Assembly (NCBI GenBank): GCA_027030485.1
Contig: JALVEY010000163.1
Span: forward strand, 1 to 57,075
Length of the DNA stretch: 57,075 nt
From: Persephonella sp.
GTDB lineage: Bacteria > Aquificota > Aquificia > Aquificales > Hydrogenothermaceae
Reading direction: 5' to 3'
Under the pieces are notes generated by a model. It ran no database searches. It worked only from the letters and a program-made list of their open reading frames with translations, and was not told the DNA's origin. Below, piece by piece: positions 27,061 to 36,560 of this stretch (its first letter is position 1; the number at the start of each line of letters is the position of its first letter). The position numbers were made by a program, and so were the translations under genes.

Positions 27061-27996
27061 TTATACAAACAGTGAGCTTACTGAGCTTTCTATATTTATT
27101 CTTTTTATTGCTTCCCCTACAAGTTCTGACAATGAAAGAACTGTAAGTTTGTCGAACTCTTTTCCTATTGTTGGTATTGTGTCTGTAACTATTACCTCTT
27201 CAATTTCTGAATTTACAAGCCTGTCAACGGCAGGTCCTGAAAATACAGGGTGGGTACATGCTGCTATAACAGACTGGGCACCTTTTTCTTTAAGCATATT
27301 AGCTGCAGCAACAATCGTACCTGCAGTATCTATAATGTCGTCAATGATAATCGCATTTTTCCCATCAATCTCACCTATAACATCAAGGGTTTCAACAACA
27401 TTCGGGGCTGGTCTTTTTTTGTATATGATAGCAAGGCTTGCTCCAAGCCTGTTTGCAAGCATTCTTGCCCTTTCAACCCCTCCTGCATCTGGAGAAACAA
27501 CCACCATGTTAGGAAGATTTTTCTTCCTCAGGTATTCAAGTATCACAGGAAGTGCATACAGGTTGTCCACAGGACAGTCAAAAAATCCCTGTATCTGTGC
27601 TGAGTGCAGGTCTACGGTAAGAACCCTGTCAGCTCCTGCCTTCTGTATCAGATCTGCAAGAAGTTTTGCTGATATGGGAACTCTTGGTCTGTCCTTTCTA
27701 TCCTGTCTTGCATAGGCAAAATAAGGTATTACAGCTGTTATTCTGTGGGTAGATGATCTTTTTAGGGCATCAAGTATAAGAAGTAGCTCCATTATGTGAT
27801 CATTAACAGGGGATGTTAACGACTGTATAACAAATACATCAGCTCCTCTAACATTCTCTTTTATCTGAACCCTTATCTCTCCATCAGAAAATCTTGTGAC
27901 AAGTGTATCAACAAGGGAGGTGTGAAGGTACTCTGCTACCTTCTGTGCAAACTCAATATTAGCGTTTCCGCTAATAAGCTTAAGATGTTTACTCAA
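27061..27996 (-). CDS. prs: Ribose-phosphate pyrophosphokinase
   Basis: FSDGE, PYFAYARQDRK, DLHSAQIQGFF and DDIIDTAGT motifs. TTG start at 27996 has a GGAGGT RBS. Confidence 0.97.
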   Translation of the reverse strand: MSKHLKLISGNANIEFAQKVAEYLHTSLVDTLVTRFSDGEIRVQIKENVRGADVFVIQSLTSPVNDHIMELLLILDALKRSSTHRITAVIPYFAYARQDRKDRPRVPISAKLLADLIQKAGADRVLTVDLHSAQIQGFFDCPVDNLYALPVILEYLRKKNLPNMVVVSPDAGGVERARMLANRLGASLAIIYKKRPAPNVVETLDVIGEIDGKNAIIIDDIIDTAGTIVAAANMLKEKGAQSVIAACTHPVFSGPAVDRLVNSEIEEVIVTDTIPTIGKEFDKLTVLSLSELVGEAIKRINIESSVSSLFV

Positions 27997-28031
27997 AAAA
28001 TTACCTCCAGCTTTTGTACCTGATTTTAAAA

Positions 28032-28107
28032 TGGCTGGGGAGGCAGGACTCGAACCTGCGACACCCGGTTCCAAAGACCGGTGTTCTGCCAGCTGAACTA
28101 CTCCCCA
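28032..28107 (-). tRNA. tRNA-Gln(TTG)
   Basis: TGGGGAG acceptor stem, anticodon arm CCGGT-CT-TTG-GA-ACCGG, GTTCGAGTC T-loop, encoded CCA; classic ispE-tRNA-Gln-prs position. Confidence 0.97.
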
Positions 28108-28110
28108 ACT

Positions 28111-28947
28111 TTATTCAAGGACAGTTTCAATCAGTTTCCAACCTTTGATCTTACAGATCTTTCTCAATTCCTCTTTAGGAGCACCTACCGCAAAAACACT
28201 GCTTCCGCTACCACTTACCAGAGGTCTGTAATTTAGGTGTCTCAGAGTGTTTAAAACCTCCTTAACCTCTGGAAAATTTTCTTCAACAATCATTCCCAGC
28301 GTATTCTCTATTTTTTCAAAAAAGGTATCAGTTTCACCTAACAGACTATCTATTATATGAATATCTTCCCTTTTTGTCAACATCTGGGGGGTTATTTTAC
28401 TGTATATTTCAGAGGTTTTAATCTGAATGTTAGGGTAGATTATGAAGATCTTTTTTTTAAGTTTTTTATCAAGATATGTTAGCTTTTCTCCTATTCCCTC
28501 TCCAATCGCTATACCTCCTTTCAGAAAAAAGGGAACATCTGCTCCAAGGGATAAGGCCAGTTTTTTCAGCTCTTCATCAGACAGTGGAAAGCTGTAGTAG
28601 CTGTTGAGAAATTGTAAGACAGTTGCAGCATTTGAGCTTCCCCCACCAAGACCTGCCCCGATAGGAATGTTTTTCTCAATAAATATCTCAAACTCAGGGT
28701 GTATCCCGGTCCATTCCTCAAACCTTTTTAATGCTTTTGTTACTATATTTTCCTCTGGTTTTATAAATGGTGATGTTGTTTCCACCTTTTGACTGACAGA
28801 CGGTTTTATAACTATCCTGTCGTGAAATGAAACAGTATGAAATACGGTGTAAATCTCATGATACCCATCCGGTCTTTTTCCTGTAATCCACAGACCTAAA
28901 TTTACCTTCGCAGGAGACTTTAAGATATAAACCTTTTCTTTTTTCAT
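28111..28947 (-). CDS. ispE: 4-diphosphocytidyl-2-C-methyl-D-erythritol kinase
   Basis: PAKVNLGL, IPIGAGLGGGSSNAA, GADVPFF, SGSGS. Confidence 0.95.
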   Translation of the reverse strand: MKKEKVYILKSPAKVNLGLWITGKRPDGYHEIYTVFHTVSFHDRIVIKPSVSQKVETTSPFIKPEENIVTKALKRFEEWTGIHPEFEIFIEKNIPIGAGLGGGSSNAATVLQFLNSYYSFPLSDEELKKLALSLGADVPFFLKGGIAIGEGIGEKLTYLDKKLKKKIFIIYPNIQIKTSEIYSKITPQMLTKREDIHIIDSLLGETDTFFEKIENTLGMIVEENFPEVKEVLNTLRHLNYRPLVSGSGSSVFAVGAPKEELRKICKIKGWKLIETVLE

Positions 28948-29022
28948 AACTTTTATTATAACCTTTAACCGTCTGTTATCAATATCTGTTAAAATATTTA
29001 AAATATCTTTCAGGGAGAAGGA

Positions 29023-30153
29023 ATGGAAAAAGCCATATTAGCCCTTGAAGACGGACATTTTTTTTATGGTTATGCATTTTCCGGTTTTGATAAAAAAGAG
29101 ACAGGTGGTGAGGTAATATTCAACACCTCAATGACAGGTTATCAGGAGATACTTACCGATCCATCTTACAAAGGACAGATCGTTGTAATGACCCCTTCTG
29201 AAATTGGGAATTACGGAACAAATCCTGAGGATATAGAATCTGAAAAGGTTCATGTCAATGGTTTTGTTATTAAGGATCTATCATCTATCTCTTCAAACTG
29301 GAGGTCAACAAAAACCCTTCAGCAGTATCTTAATGAAATCGGTGTTATAGGAGTTTGCGGTATTGATACGAGGGCTCTTGTCAGGATTATAAGAAATTAC
29401 GGTGTGATGAAAGGTTACATAGGTATAGGGGAGATTTCCCCGGTAGAAGCTGTAAGGAAGGCAAGATCCATTCCTGACATATCAGAGCTTGATCTTGTTT
29501 CACAGGTAAGCCATAAGAGTGCTTACAAATGGAATGAAGGAACATGGAAATGGCCTTATGGATACACAAAACCGTCAGAAAAAAGGTTTAAAATAGCCGT
29601 CTTAGATTACGGGGTGAAGAGAAATATTCTCAGGCTGATGGCTGACAGAGGAATGGATATAACCTGTTTTCCCCATAGCACCACAGCTGAGGAAATTATA
29701 GATTTTAATCCTGATGGGATTTTTCTTTCAAATGGACCTGGAGACCCGTCAATCCTTCACCACCAGATTAAGCAGATAAAAAGACTTATAACAACAGATA
29801 TACCTGTTTTTGGTATATGTCTTGGTCATCAGCTTTTGTCGTGGGCTGTGGGAGGAAGAACTTATAAGCTTGAGTTTGGTCATCATGGTGGAAACCACCC
29901 TGTGAAAAATCTAAAAACAGGTAGAGTTGAGATAACAGCCCAAAACCATAATTATGCAACCGATCCAGATTCTCTTCCTTCACATGTTGAGGTAACTCAT
30001 ATAAATCTGAATGATGATACTATAGAGGGTATCAGGCTAACAGACAGACCTGTGTTTTCAATCCAGTATCATCCAGAAGCATCACCAGGCCCCCACGATT
30101 CACATTACATTTTTGATGAATTTTTGAAGCTTATTGAGGAAGTAAAAGGTTAA
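29023..30153 (+). CDS. carA: Carbamoyl-phosphate synthase small subunit
   Basis: FNTSMTGYQE, SNGPGDP, GICLGHQ, QYHPEASPGP. Confidence 0.97.
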   Translation: MEKAILALEDGHFFYGYAFSGFDKKETGGEVIFNTSMTGYQEILTDPSYKGQIVVMTPSEIGNYGTNPEDIESEKVHVNGFVIKDLSSISSNWRSTKTLQQYLNEIGVIGVCGIDTRALVRIIRNYGVMKGYIGIGEISPVEAVRKARSIPDISELDLVSQVSHKSAYKWNEGTWKWPYGYTKPSEKRFKIAVLDYGVKRNILRLMADRGMDITCFPHSTTAEEIIDFNPDGIFLSNGPGDPSILHHQIKQIKRLITTDIPVFGICLGHQLLSWAVGGRTYKLEFGHHGGNHPVKNLKTGRVEITAQNHNYATDPDSLPSHVEVTHINLNDDTIEGIRLTDRPVFSIQYHPEASPGPHDSHYIFDEFLKLIEEVKG

Positions 30154-30154
30154 T

Positions 30155-31366
30155 ATGGTAGAAAAACCTACAGATCAGACACTAAAGGAAAGATGGGCTT
30201 TAGGCTCTCTTATACTTAATACAACCCTTACAGTATTAAAATTTGTATTTGCCCTTATAACAGGTTCTCTGGCACTTATGGCAGAAGCTATCCACTCATT
30301 TTCCGATCTTATCGCATCTGTTATATCCCTTATCTCTGTAAGGCTTTCTGCTAAAAAAACTAAGGAATATCCTTACGGTCTTTACAAAGTAGAAAATATA
30401 GCATCTGTTGTGATCTCATTTTTCCTGTTTTTTGCAGCTTATGAGATACTGAGAGAGGCATTTTTCTCTGAAGAGGAAAGGGTTGTTAAAAACACAGAAC
30501 TTGCTATAGGGGTTATGCTTTTTGCAATGATAGCAACCTTTATATACTCAAGGCTTGAGCTAAAAGCAGCAAAAAGGCTAAACTCACCGGCTCTTCTGGC
30601 AGATGCCCAGCATATATGGGCTGATTTTCTGTCCTCAGCTATTGTTATTGTTGGTCTTGTGGGAACGCATTTTGGCTATAATCTTGATAAATATGCTGCG
30701 TCTATTGTCGCACTTTTTGTTTTTTACAGCGGGTGGGAGATATTCAGCTCAGGGCTGAAAGTCTTGCTTGATGTTTCCCTTGAAAAGGAAGAGATAGAGA
30801 AAATAAAAAAGATTATATACTCGAACCCTGCAGTTGTTGATATAAAACATATAAGAGGAAGGGTTGCAGGTAGTTTTAAGTTTCTTGATATTGAGCTTCT
30901 TCTTCACAATTATTCTTTAAGGGAAACCCACAGGATAGTGGACGAGATAGAAAGAAAGATAAAAGAGGAAATACCTAATATAGATTCTGTCTTTATTCAT
31001 TACGAACCTGTAAGGCAGAAAGGTCTGAGGATAGCTTTTCTTACAGATGAAGAAAAAAGTATTAAAGACTTTAAAACAGCGAACAAAGTTATAACTGTTG
31101 ATATATCAGACAGCGGAGAAATGCAGATAAACAATCCTCTGGAGGTAGAACCTGACGAAAAGGAAATTGGGGATATTTTATCAAAGATAAATATAGATAT
31201 AGTTGTTGCTTCCCATCATCCTGAGGAGTTTGAGGTGAGGTGGAATCTGGCGAGGGCTGGAGTTATGGTGTGGGAGACAGACAAAAAAAGTTTTGACGAG
31301 GCGGTCAAAGAAATAATAAACTCATATAAAGAGTTCAACAAAAAAGAAAAAGGGGAACAGCTATGA
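30155..31366 (+). CDS. Cation diffusion facilitator transporter with C-terminal NifB/NifX-like extension
   Basis: HSFSD and HIWAD metal sites, YPYG, VFIHYEP; ~120 extra C-terminal residues. Confidence 0.85.
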   Translation: MVEKPTDQTLKERWALGSLILNTTLTVLKFVFALITGSLALMAEAIHSFSDLIASVISLISVRLSAKKTKEYPYGLYKVENIASVVISFFLFFAAYEILREAFFSEEERVVKNTELAIGVMLFAMIATFIYSRLELKAAKRLNSPALLADAQHIWADFLSSAIVIVGLVGTHFGYNLDKYAASIVALFVFYSGWEIFSSGLKVLLDVSLEKEEIEKIKKIIYSNPAVVDIKHIRGRVAGSFKFLDIELLLHNYSLRETHRIVDEIERKIKEEIPNIDSVFIHYEPVRQKGLRIAFLTDEEKSIKDFKTANKVITVDISDSGEMQINNPLEVEPDEKEIGDILSKINIDIVVASHHPEEFEVRWNLARAGVMVWETDKKSFDEAVKEIINSYKEFNKKEKGEQL

Positions 31367-32202
31367 TTAGTAGAATTCTGGTAGGGATAGACGGTTCAAA
31401 AAGTTCGTGGGTTGCGTCTGATTACGGCATATATCTGTCAAAAAAATTAAAAAGACCTGTAATAGGAGTTCATATAGTTGACATAAGACTTCTTGAAACT
31501 CCGTTTGTTGAAGATCTTGCAGGTGCTCTTGGTTTTACAACATACGCTGATCTGACCCCAAAACTTAAGGAGATTTTAGATGAAAGAGGAAGAGTTCTAC
31601 TTGATCAGTTTGCAAAAAAATGTAGAGAATCAGGTGCAGACTGTTCAATAGCTCAAGCTTTTGGAATAGTGGCAAATGAGCTTGTTGATATGGCTGATCC
31701 TGATGATCTTATTATCGTTGGAAAAACAGGCATTCACAACAAATTTGCTCCCCTCTTTCTCGGGTCAACATCAGAGGCTGTAGCAAGAAAGTCAAAATGT
31801 CCTGTTTTTATATCAACAGACAGATTTATGGAAATAAAAAAAGTTATCCTTGCCTTCGATGGAAGGGAAAAATCAGTTCATGCCGCTGTGTATATTAACG
31901 ATCTTTATAATGATCTTGGAATAGAAGAGCTTACAGTTATTACGGTTCTTGAAGAAAAATCTGAAAAGGAGAAACATATAAAAGAACTTCTTGACAGCAA
32001 TCTTAAAGTTCCTTACAAGCTAAATTTCCTGTATGGCTATCCTGACGAGGAACTGGAAAAATTTATTATTGATAATAAGGACAAATACCAGCTTGTTGCG
32101 ATGGGAGCTTACGGTGAGAGTAGAATCAAAGAACTAATTCTGGGAAGTACAACATCATTTATTATTAATAAATCACCCATTCCTGTACTCCTTGTTAAGT
32201 AA
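31363..32202 (+). CDS. Universal stress protein (tandem Usp domains)
   Basis: ILVGIDGS, LGSTSE, MGAYG..LGSTT..PVLLV. Confidence 0.9.
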   Translation: MISRILVGIDGSKSSWVASDYGIYLSKKLKRPVIGVHIVDIRLLETPFVEDLAGALGFTTYADLTPKLKEILDERGRVLLDQFAKKCRESGADCSIAQAFGIVANELVDMADPDDLIIVGKTGIHNKFAPLFLGSTSEAVARKSKCPVFISTDRFMEIKKVILAFDGREKSVHAAVYINDLYNDLGIEELTVITVLEEKSEKEKHIKELLDSNLKVPYKLNFLYGYPDEELEKFIIDNKDKYQLVAMGAYGESRIKELILGSTTSFIINKSPIPVLLVK

Positions 32203-32218
32203 AAATGAGGTGAGGTGA

Positions 32219-33091
32219 TTGGAAAAAGAGTTCGGAAAATTTAAAGGTATCCTTATTATAGGTCTGGGACTAATAGGTGGTTCTATAACTATTTCCTTGA
32301 AAAATTCCGGATATAGAGGAAAGATTTACGGTTTTGATCTGTCAGCTGAAAGGGTAAAAAAAGCTATTCAACTTCAGGCTATAGATGAAGGATTTACATC
32401 CCTTAAGGAAGTTCCTTGGGAGAATGTTGATCTTGTTATTATTGCAACGCCTGTAAAAAGATTTGAGGAAGTTGCAAAAAAAATAAAACCCTATCTAAAG
32501 AAAGGGTCTGTAGTAACAGATGTTGGAAGTGTAAAAGGGGATCTTGTTGAAAAGCTTCAAAAGATACTCAGTCCTATAAAGTTTGTGGGGGCTCATCCGA
32601 TAGCAGGAACAGAAAAAGAGGGTGTAGAGAATGCTGTGGTAGGTCTTTTTAAAGGAAAAAAATTAATACTTACAGTTGATAAAGAAGATAAAGACACAAA
32701 AAGGGTTGAACAGTTCTGGAGAGATTTAGGTTCAAAAGTTGAGGTTATGGATCCTTATACCCATGATTTTGTTTTTGCCAGCGTATCACATCTTCCCCAT
32801 GCTGTTGCTTTTGCACTTGTTGACGCATTAATTGAACTGTCAGAGGAGGTAGGAATTGATCTTTTCCTCTATTCTGGAGCTGGTTTTAAGGATTTTACAA
32901 GAATAGCGGCAAGTTCACCTGTAGTATGGAAGGATATATTCCTTGAAAATAAGGAAAATGTTTTGTACACAATAGATAGATTTATAAAATCAATGGAAAA
33001 GCTGAAAGAGTTTATTGAGAAGGAAGATGAAAAAAATCTTTTAAAACTGCTTTCAGAAAGCAGGGAAAAAAGACTTTCCCTTGATAAATAG
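32219..33091 (+). CDS. tyrA: Prephenate dehydrogenase
   Basis: GLGLIGGS, DVGSVK, HPIAGTE, SHLPH, FKDFTRIA. Confidence 0.95.
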   Translation: MEKEFGKFKGILIIGLGLIGGSITISLKNSGYRGKIYGFDLSAERVKKAIQLQAIDEGFTSLKEVPWENVDLVIIATPVKRFEEVAKKIKPYLKKGSVVTDVGSVKGDLVEKLQKILSPIKFVGAHPIAGTEKEGVENAVVGLFKGKKLILTVDKEDKDTKRVEQFWRDLGSKVEVMDPYTHDFVFASVSHLPHAVAFALVDALIELSEEVGIDLFLYSGAGFKDFTRIAASSPVVWKDIFLENKENVLYTIDRFIKSMEKLKEFIEKEDEKNLLKLLSESREKRLSLDK

Positions 33092-33103
33092 GAGGATTAG
33101 AAA

Positions 33104-33526
33104 ATGAAAAAAACTGTTTTGGTTATTACAACAGCTGTAATCTTTATCGGTTGTCAAGAAAAAAAGGAAGACACTACAATTCCTCAAAAGGAGGAAAAAA
33201 AGCAAACGGTTCAGGTTGAGAAAAAAGAAGAAAAAACTGAAATTACAGAAAAGAAGGTTGTTGATCTCAATGGAGAGACTATTTTTAAAGCGAAGGGATG
33301 TGCAGCCTGCCATCATACTAAAAACGAAGGTGTTGGACCTTCTCTTTCTAAAATATCACAGGTTTACAGCCAAGATAAATCAAAGTTGATAAACTTCTTA
33401 AAAGGAAAGGAAAAACCAATCGTTGATCCTCAGAAGTTTGGTATTATGTCTCCCCAGTTAAACGCAACAAAGGCTATGTCTGATGATGAGCTTTCTGCCC
33501 TTGCAGATTTTATACTGAAACATTAA
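33104..33526 (+). CDS. Lipoprotein monoheme cytochrome c
   Basis: Lipobox FIGC, charged linker, CAACH, GPSL, distal Met. Confidence 0.85.
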   Translation: MKKTVLVITTAVIFIGCQEKKEDTTIPQKEEKKQTVQVEKKEEKTEITEKKVVDLNGETIFKAKGCAACHHTKNEGVGPSLSKISQVYSQDKSKLINFLKGKEKPIVDPQKFGIMSPQLNATKAMSDDELSALADFILKH

Positions 33527-34428
33527 TTATCAATAACTTGAAGACCTATGCTGTAAGCATATTCCACAGCTTCCCTGTATTCTTTCTCTGTTATTCTTCT
33601 TGAAAGTTCAGGGAAGTTAAACGCCTTATAGAAAGGATGGTACTGTGCCATTATGTTAACATGCATGTTTGGAGAAAGAGATCTTAAAAAATCAAGAACC
33701 TTTTTTGTTGTGGATATACCCTCTGGTAAAACAAGATGCCTAACCAGAACTCCTCTGTAGGCTATTCCCCTTTCGTCAGTTTTAAGATCCCCAACCTGTT
33801 TATGCATCAACCTGATTACTTCCTTTGCTGTATCAGGATAGTTTTTTACCTTTGAGTATTTTTTTCCGTGCTGATCATTCAGGTATTTTAAATCAGGCAG
33901 ATATATATCAATTATTCCATCAAGAAGTTTTATAATTTCTGGACTGTCGTAAGATGATGTGTTGTAAACAATTGGTAGTTTTAAGCCTCTTTTAGTGGCT
34001 ATGTATAAAGCTTTTAAAAGCTGTGGAACTACATGTGAGGGTGTCACCCAGTTAATGTTATGGCATCCTTCCTTCTGAAGATAAAGCATTATCCCTGCTA
34101 TCTCCTCAGGAGTGTACTCTCTTCCTTCTCCCAGATGGCTTATCTCATAGTTCTGACAGTAAACACATCTCATATTGCAGTAAGAGATAAAGATCGTACC
34201 GCTTCCGCCGTATCCCCTGATAGGAAATTCCTCTCCATGATGGGGAAAAAATGATGAAATCTTTACATGTAAACCTGTTTTACAAAAGCCTTTTTCGTTC
34301 TTTAGTCTGTTTATGCCGCAGTTGTGGGGACAGACACTGCATTTCTCAAGAAAAGAGTATGCCTTTTCTACTTTTTTCCCAAGCAAACCTTCTTCATAAA
34401 GTCTGATGTAAGAAGGTGCCGTATCCAT
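33523..34428 (-). CDS. Radical SAM protein (PflX-like)
   Basis: CSVCPHNC, HHGEE, CNMRCVYCQN, NINWVTP, RHLVLP. Confidence 0.85.
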   Translation of the reverse strand: MDTAPSYIRLYEEGLLGKKVEKAYSFLEKCSVCPHNCGINRLKNEKGFCKTGLHVKISSFFPHHGEEFPIRGYGGSGTIFISYCNMRCVYCQNYEISHLGEGREYTPEEIAGIMLYLQKEGCHNINWVTPSHVVPQLLKALYIATKRGLKLPIVYNTSSYDSPEIIKLLDGIIDIYLPDLKYLNDQHGKKYSKVKNYPDTAKEVIRLMHKQVGDLKTDERGIAYRGVLVRHLVLPEGISTTKKVLDFLRSLSPNMHVNIMAQYHPFYKAFNFPELSRRITEKEYREAVEYAYSIGLQVIDN

Positions 34429-34467
34429 AAGGGATTAATTTATGAAAAAAAAGAAAAAATCAAGTGT

Positions 34468-34767
34468 TTACTCTTTCAGGCTGTCAATACAGGCTTTTTG
34501 TATCCCGTCCCTTATACTTGGGTACTTTCCTGCCGGTAGATTGCATATTTTTACACACTGCTGGTGGAAATGTTTTGCTGTTTTTGGATCAACATCCCTT
34601 TTTAAAAGGGAGTTTTCCAATGCCTGTCCTAAAGTTTCACAGTCATAATCATCCACATCGCAGGTATCTAATATAGATACATAAGCTTTGCAGGCATCCT
34701 CTATTTCTCCTGAGAAAGAAGAACTAAAAATAAAAATTGGGAATAAAAGAACAAGGAATTTTTTCAT
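34468..34767 (-). CDS. Small exported Cys-rich protein
   Basis: Signal peptide; six Cys in ~80 mature residues; GGAGG RBS. Confidence 0.7.
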   Translation of the reverse strand: MKKFLVLLFPIFIFSSSFSGEIEDACKAYVSILDTCDVDDYDCETLGQALENSLLKRDVDPKTAKHFHQQCVKICNLPAGKYPSIRDGIQKACIDSLKE

Positions 34768-34827
34768 TAAATCCTCCACAGATTTTTATCAGGGAAATTA
34801 TAATCTATGAGAGCAACAAAAACCAGA

Positions 34828-35457
34828 TCAGGCGATCTTACGGAGTTTTTGATCATTTTTCTGAATGTATATCTCTCCAAACTCCTCATCCTGATATATA
34901 TTAATCACACCTTCGTAGTTAAGGAAAAGCAGAGCCACAAATGCCTGTGCTTTGTTCTGGTGGTTAAGTTCAGAAAGGGTTATAAAGCCCTCAAGGTTTT
35001 GAAACTCCTTTTCAAGGACTTCTATAGTTTCTTCAAGGGTTGCGTGAAAAAGGGGTATTTCAAGGGTTTTAGGTTTTCTTCTGTAAGGTTTTCTTCTTGT
35101 GTATTTTCTTTTGGGCTTGAACTCAATAACAGGAGCGATATATTTTTTCAAAACATGTGCTATCTCATCAATTGTGTAGAACCTTTTTATACCAAAGATC
35201 CTTTTTCTTCCTGATTTTTGATTGCTGTCCTCTTCTTCTCCAAGATCAAGTGCGTCTGCTTTCATTTTCAGAAGAAGTGCAGCAGCTGACAGAGCTTTTG
35301 ATGCAAGTCTCAGATCCGGAATATGCATCTTTTTAATCTCTTGAAGGTACTTGTCCGCAAGTTCAACTATATCAACATTCCACGGATCTATCTCCCCATT
35401 TATCATAAGCTTCAGAACTATGTCAAAAGGGTGTTTTTCTTTTTTTTCATCAAACAT
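34828..35457 (-). CDS. scpA: Segregation/condensation protein A
   Basis: IDPWNVDI, LLKMKA, FVALLFL..Q.EEFGEI. Confidence 0.85.
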   Translation of the reverse strand: MFDEKKEKHPFDIVLKLMINGEIDPWNVDIVELADKYLQEIKKMHIPDLRLASKALSAAALLLKMKADALDLGEEEDSNQKSGRKRIFGIKRFYTIDEIAHVLKKYIAPVIEFKPKRKYTRRKPYRRKPKTLEIPLFHATLEETIEVLEKEFQNLEGFITLSELNHQNKAQAFVALLFLNYEGVINIYQDEEFGEIYIQKNDQKLRKIA

Positions 35458-36472
35458 TTTCCAGCTCCGATTTTTCGTTTTTTATCTTTTCGGAAAAAAT
35501 CTTTTCTTCTAAATAGTTTACAAATTCTTCATCAAGCTCAAGAGAGTATTTAACAGCATATATCCTGTGCTTATCAATCAGGTTTTGTCTGATCTTTATT
35601 ATATCCTTTTCTGTTGTAAGATAAATATCAGGTTTACTGCTTAAATGTAATCTTGTGTAATCATAATGATCAGGAAAAGACCTTTTTTCTACGATCTCAA
35701 ATCCAATATCTTTAGAAAGTCTTTCTACTGTATCAAAAAACTGCTCATTATTACCAAGACCTGAAAATATCCCAATTTTTTTTCCTTTTAGAAACGACAG
35801 TTCTTTTTCATCTTTCAGGTTTGTTATATTTTTTAAATATTCCCTTGATATGAAAAATTTTTTTCCTGTTTTTTTTAAAAATTCTGTTATTTCATCAGGG
35901 TTTTTTGATTTGTTCAGCCTGTTAACAACTATTATGTCTGCAAATCTGTAAAAATATACAGGTTCTCTCAGTCTCCCTACAGGCAAAAGCCTATCTTCCC
36001 AGAAAGGTTTCATGGCATCAAAAACAAGAATGTCTAAATCCCTGTAAAGCTGAAAATGTTGAAAGCCATCATCAAGAATGAAAATATCAGGGTTTATCTC
36101 CTTGATCGCTTTTTTTCCTGCCTGGTATCTTGAGTTTGAAACAACTATAGGAATTCCGTTTAAGGCAATCAGGTATGGTTCATCCCCTGCATCTTCCCAT
36201 CCTGTTAGTAATCTTTCTCTGTTCCTGACAACAACTGTTCCCTTACTTTTTCTTCTATATCCCCTTGAAAGTACCGCTACTGTATGACCTTTTTTTTGCA
36301 GGTTCTTTGCCAGAAATATTGTTAAAGGGGTTTTCCCAGTTCCTCCAACAGAAAGATTTCCTATAGATACTACAGGGACAGGAAGTTTTTTTCTGTTTAT
36401 GATACCTTTATTGTATAAAAATCTTCTTACATAAGCAGAAAAACCGTATAACTGGCTTATAATTTTTAACAT
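35450..36472 (-). CDS. lpxK: Tetraacyldisaccharide 4'-kinase
   Basis: GNLSVGGTGKTP, SRGY, GDEP, DDGFQH, FPDH, TEKD. Confidence 0.95.
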   Translation of the reverse strand: MLKIISQLYGFSAYVRRFLYNKGIINRKKLPVPVVSIGNLSVGGTGKTPLTIFLAKNLQKKGHTVAVLSRGYRRKSKGTVVVRNRERLLTGWEDAGDEPYLIALNGIPIVVSNSRYQAGKKAIKEINPDIFILDDGFQHFQLYRDLDILVFDAMKPFWEDRLLPVGRLREPVYFYRFADIIVVNRLNKSKNPDEITEFLKKTGKKFFISREYLKNITNLKDEKELSFLKGKKIGIFSGLGNNEQFFDTVERLSKDIGFEIVEKRSFPDHYDYTRLHLSSKPDIYLTTEKDIIKIRQNLIDKHRIYAVKYSLELDEEFVNYLEEKIFSEKIKNEKSELENV

Positions 36473-36560
36473 AAACTAATATATACGCTAAAGTTATGAT
36501 TTTGCAAAATTTTTATCTTTTTATTATATTTTAATTTATCTTTTTGCTGGGGTAGGGAGG

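Noticed and set aside
27997-28074. N-terminal extension of the prs ORF
   Set aside because: Overlaps tRNA-Gln; a TTG start at 27996 with a good RBS gives a normal-length protein.
28032-28107. tRNA-Gln as an integration site
   Set aside because: Flanked by its usual neighbours; no integrase or duplicated 3' end noticed.
34807-35214. 135-aa + strand ORF
   Set aside because: Antisense to scpA, with atypical composition.
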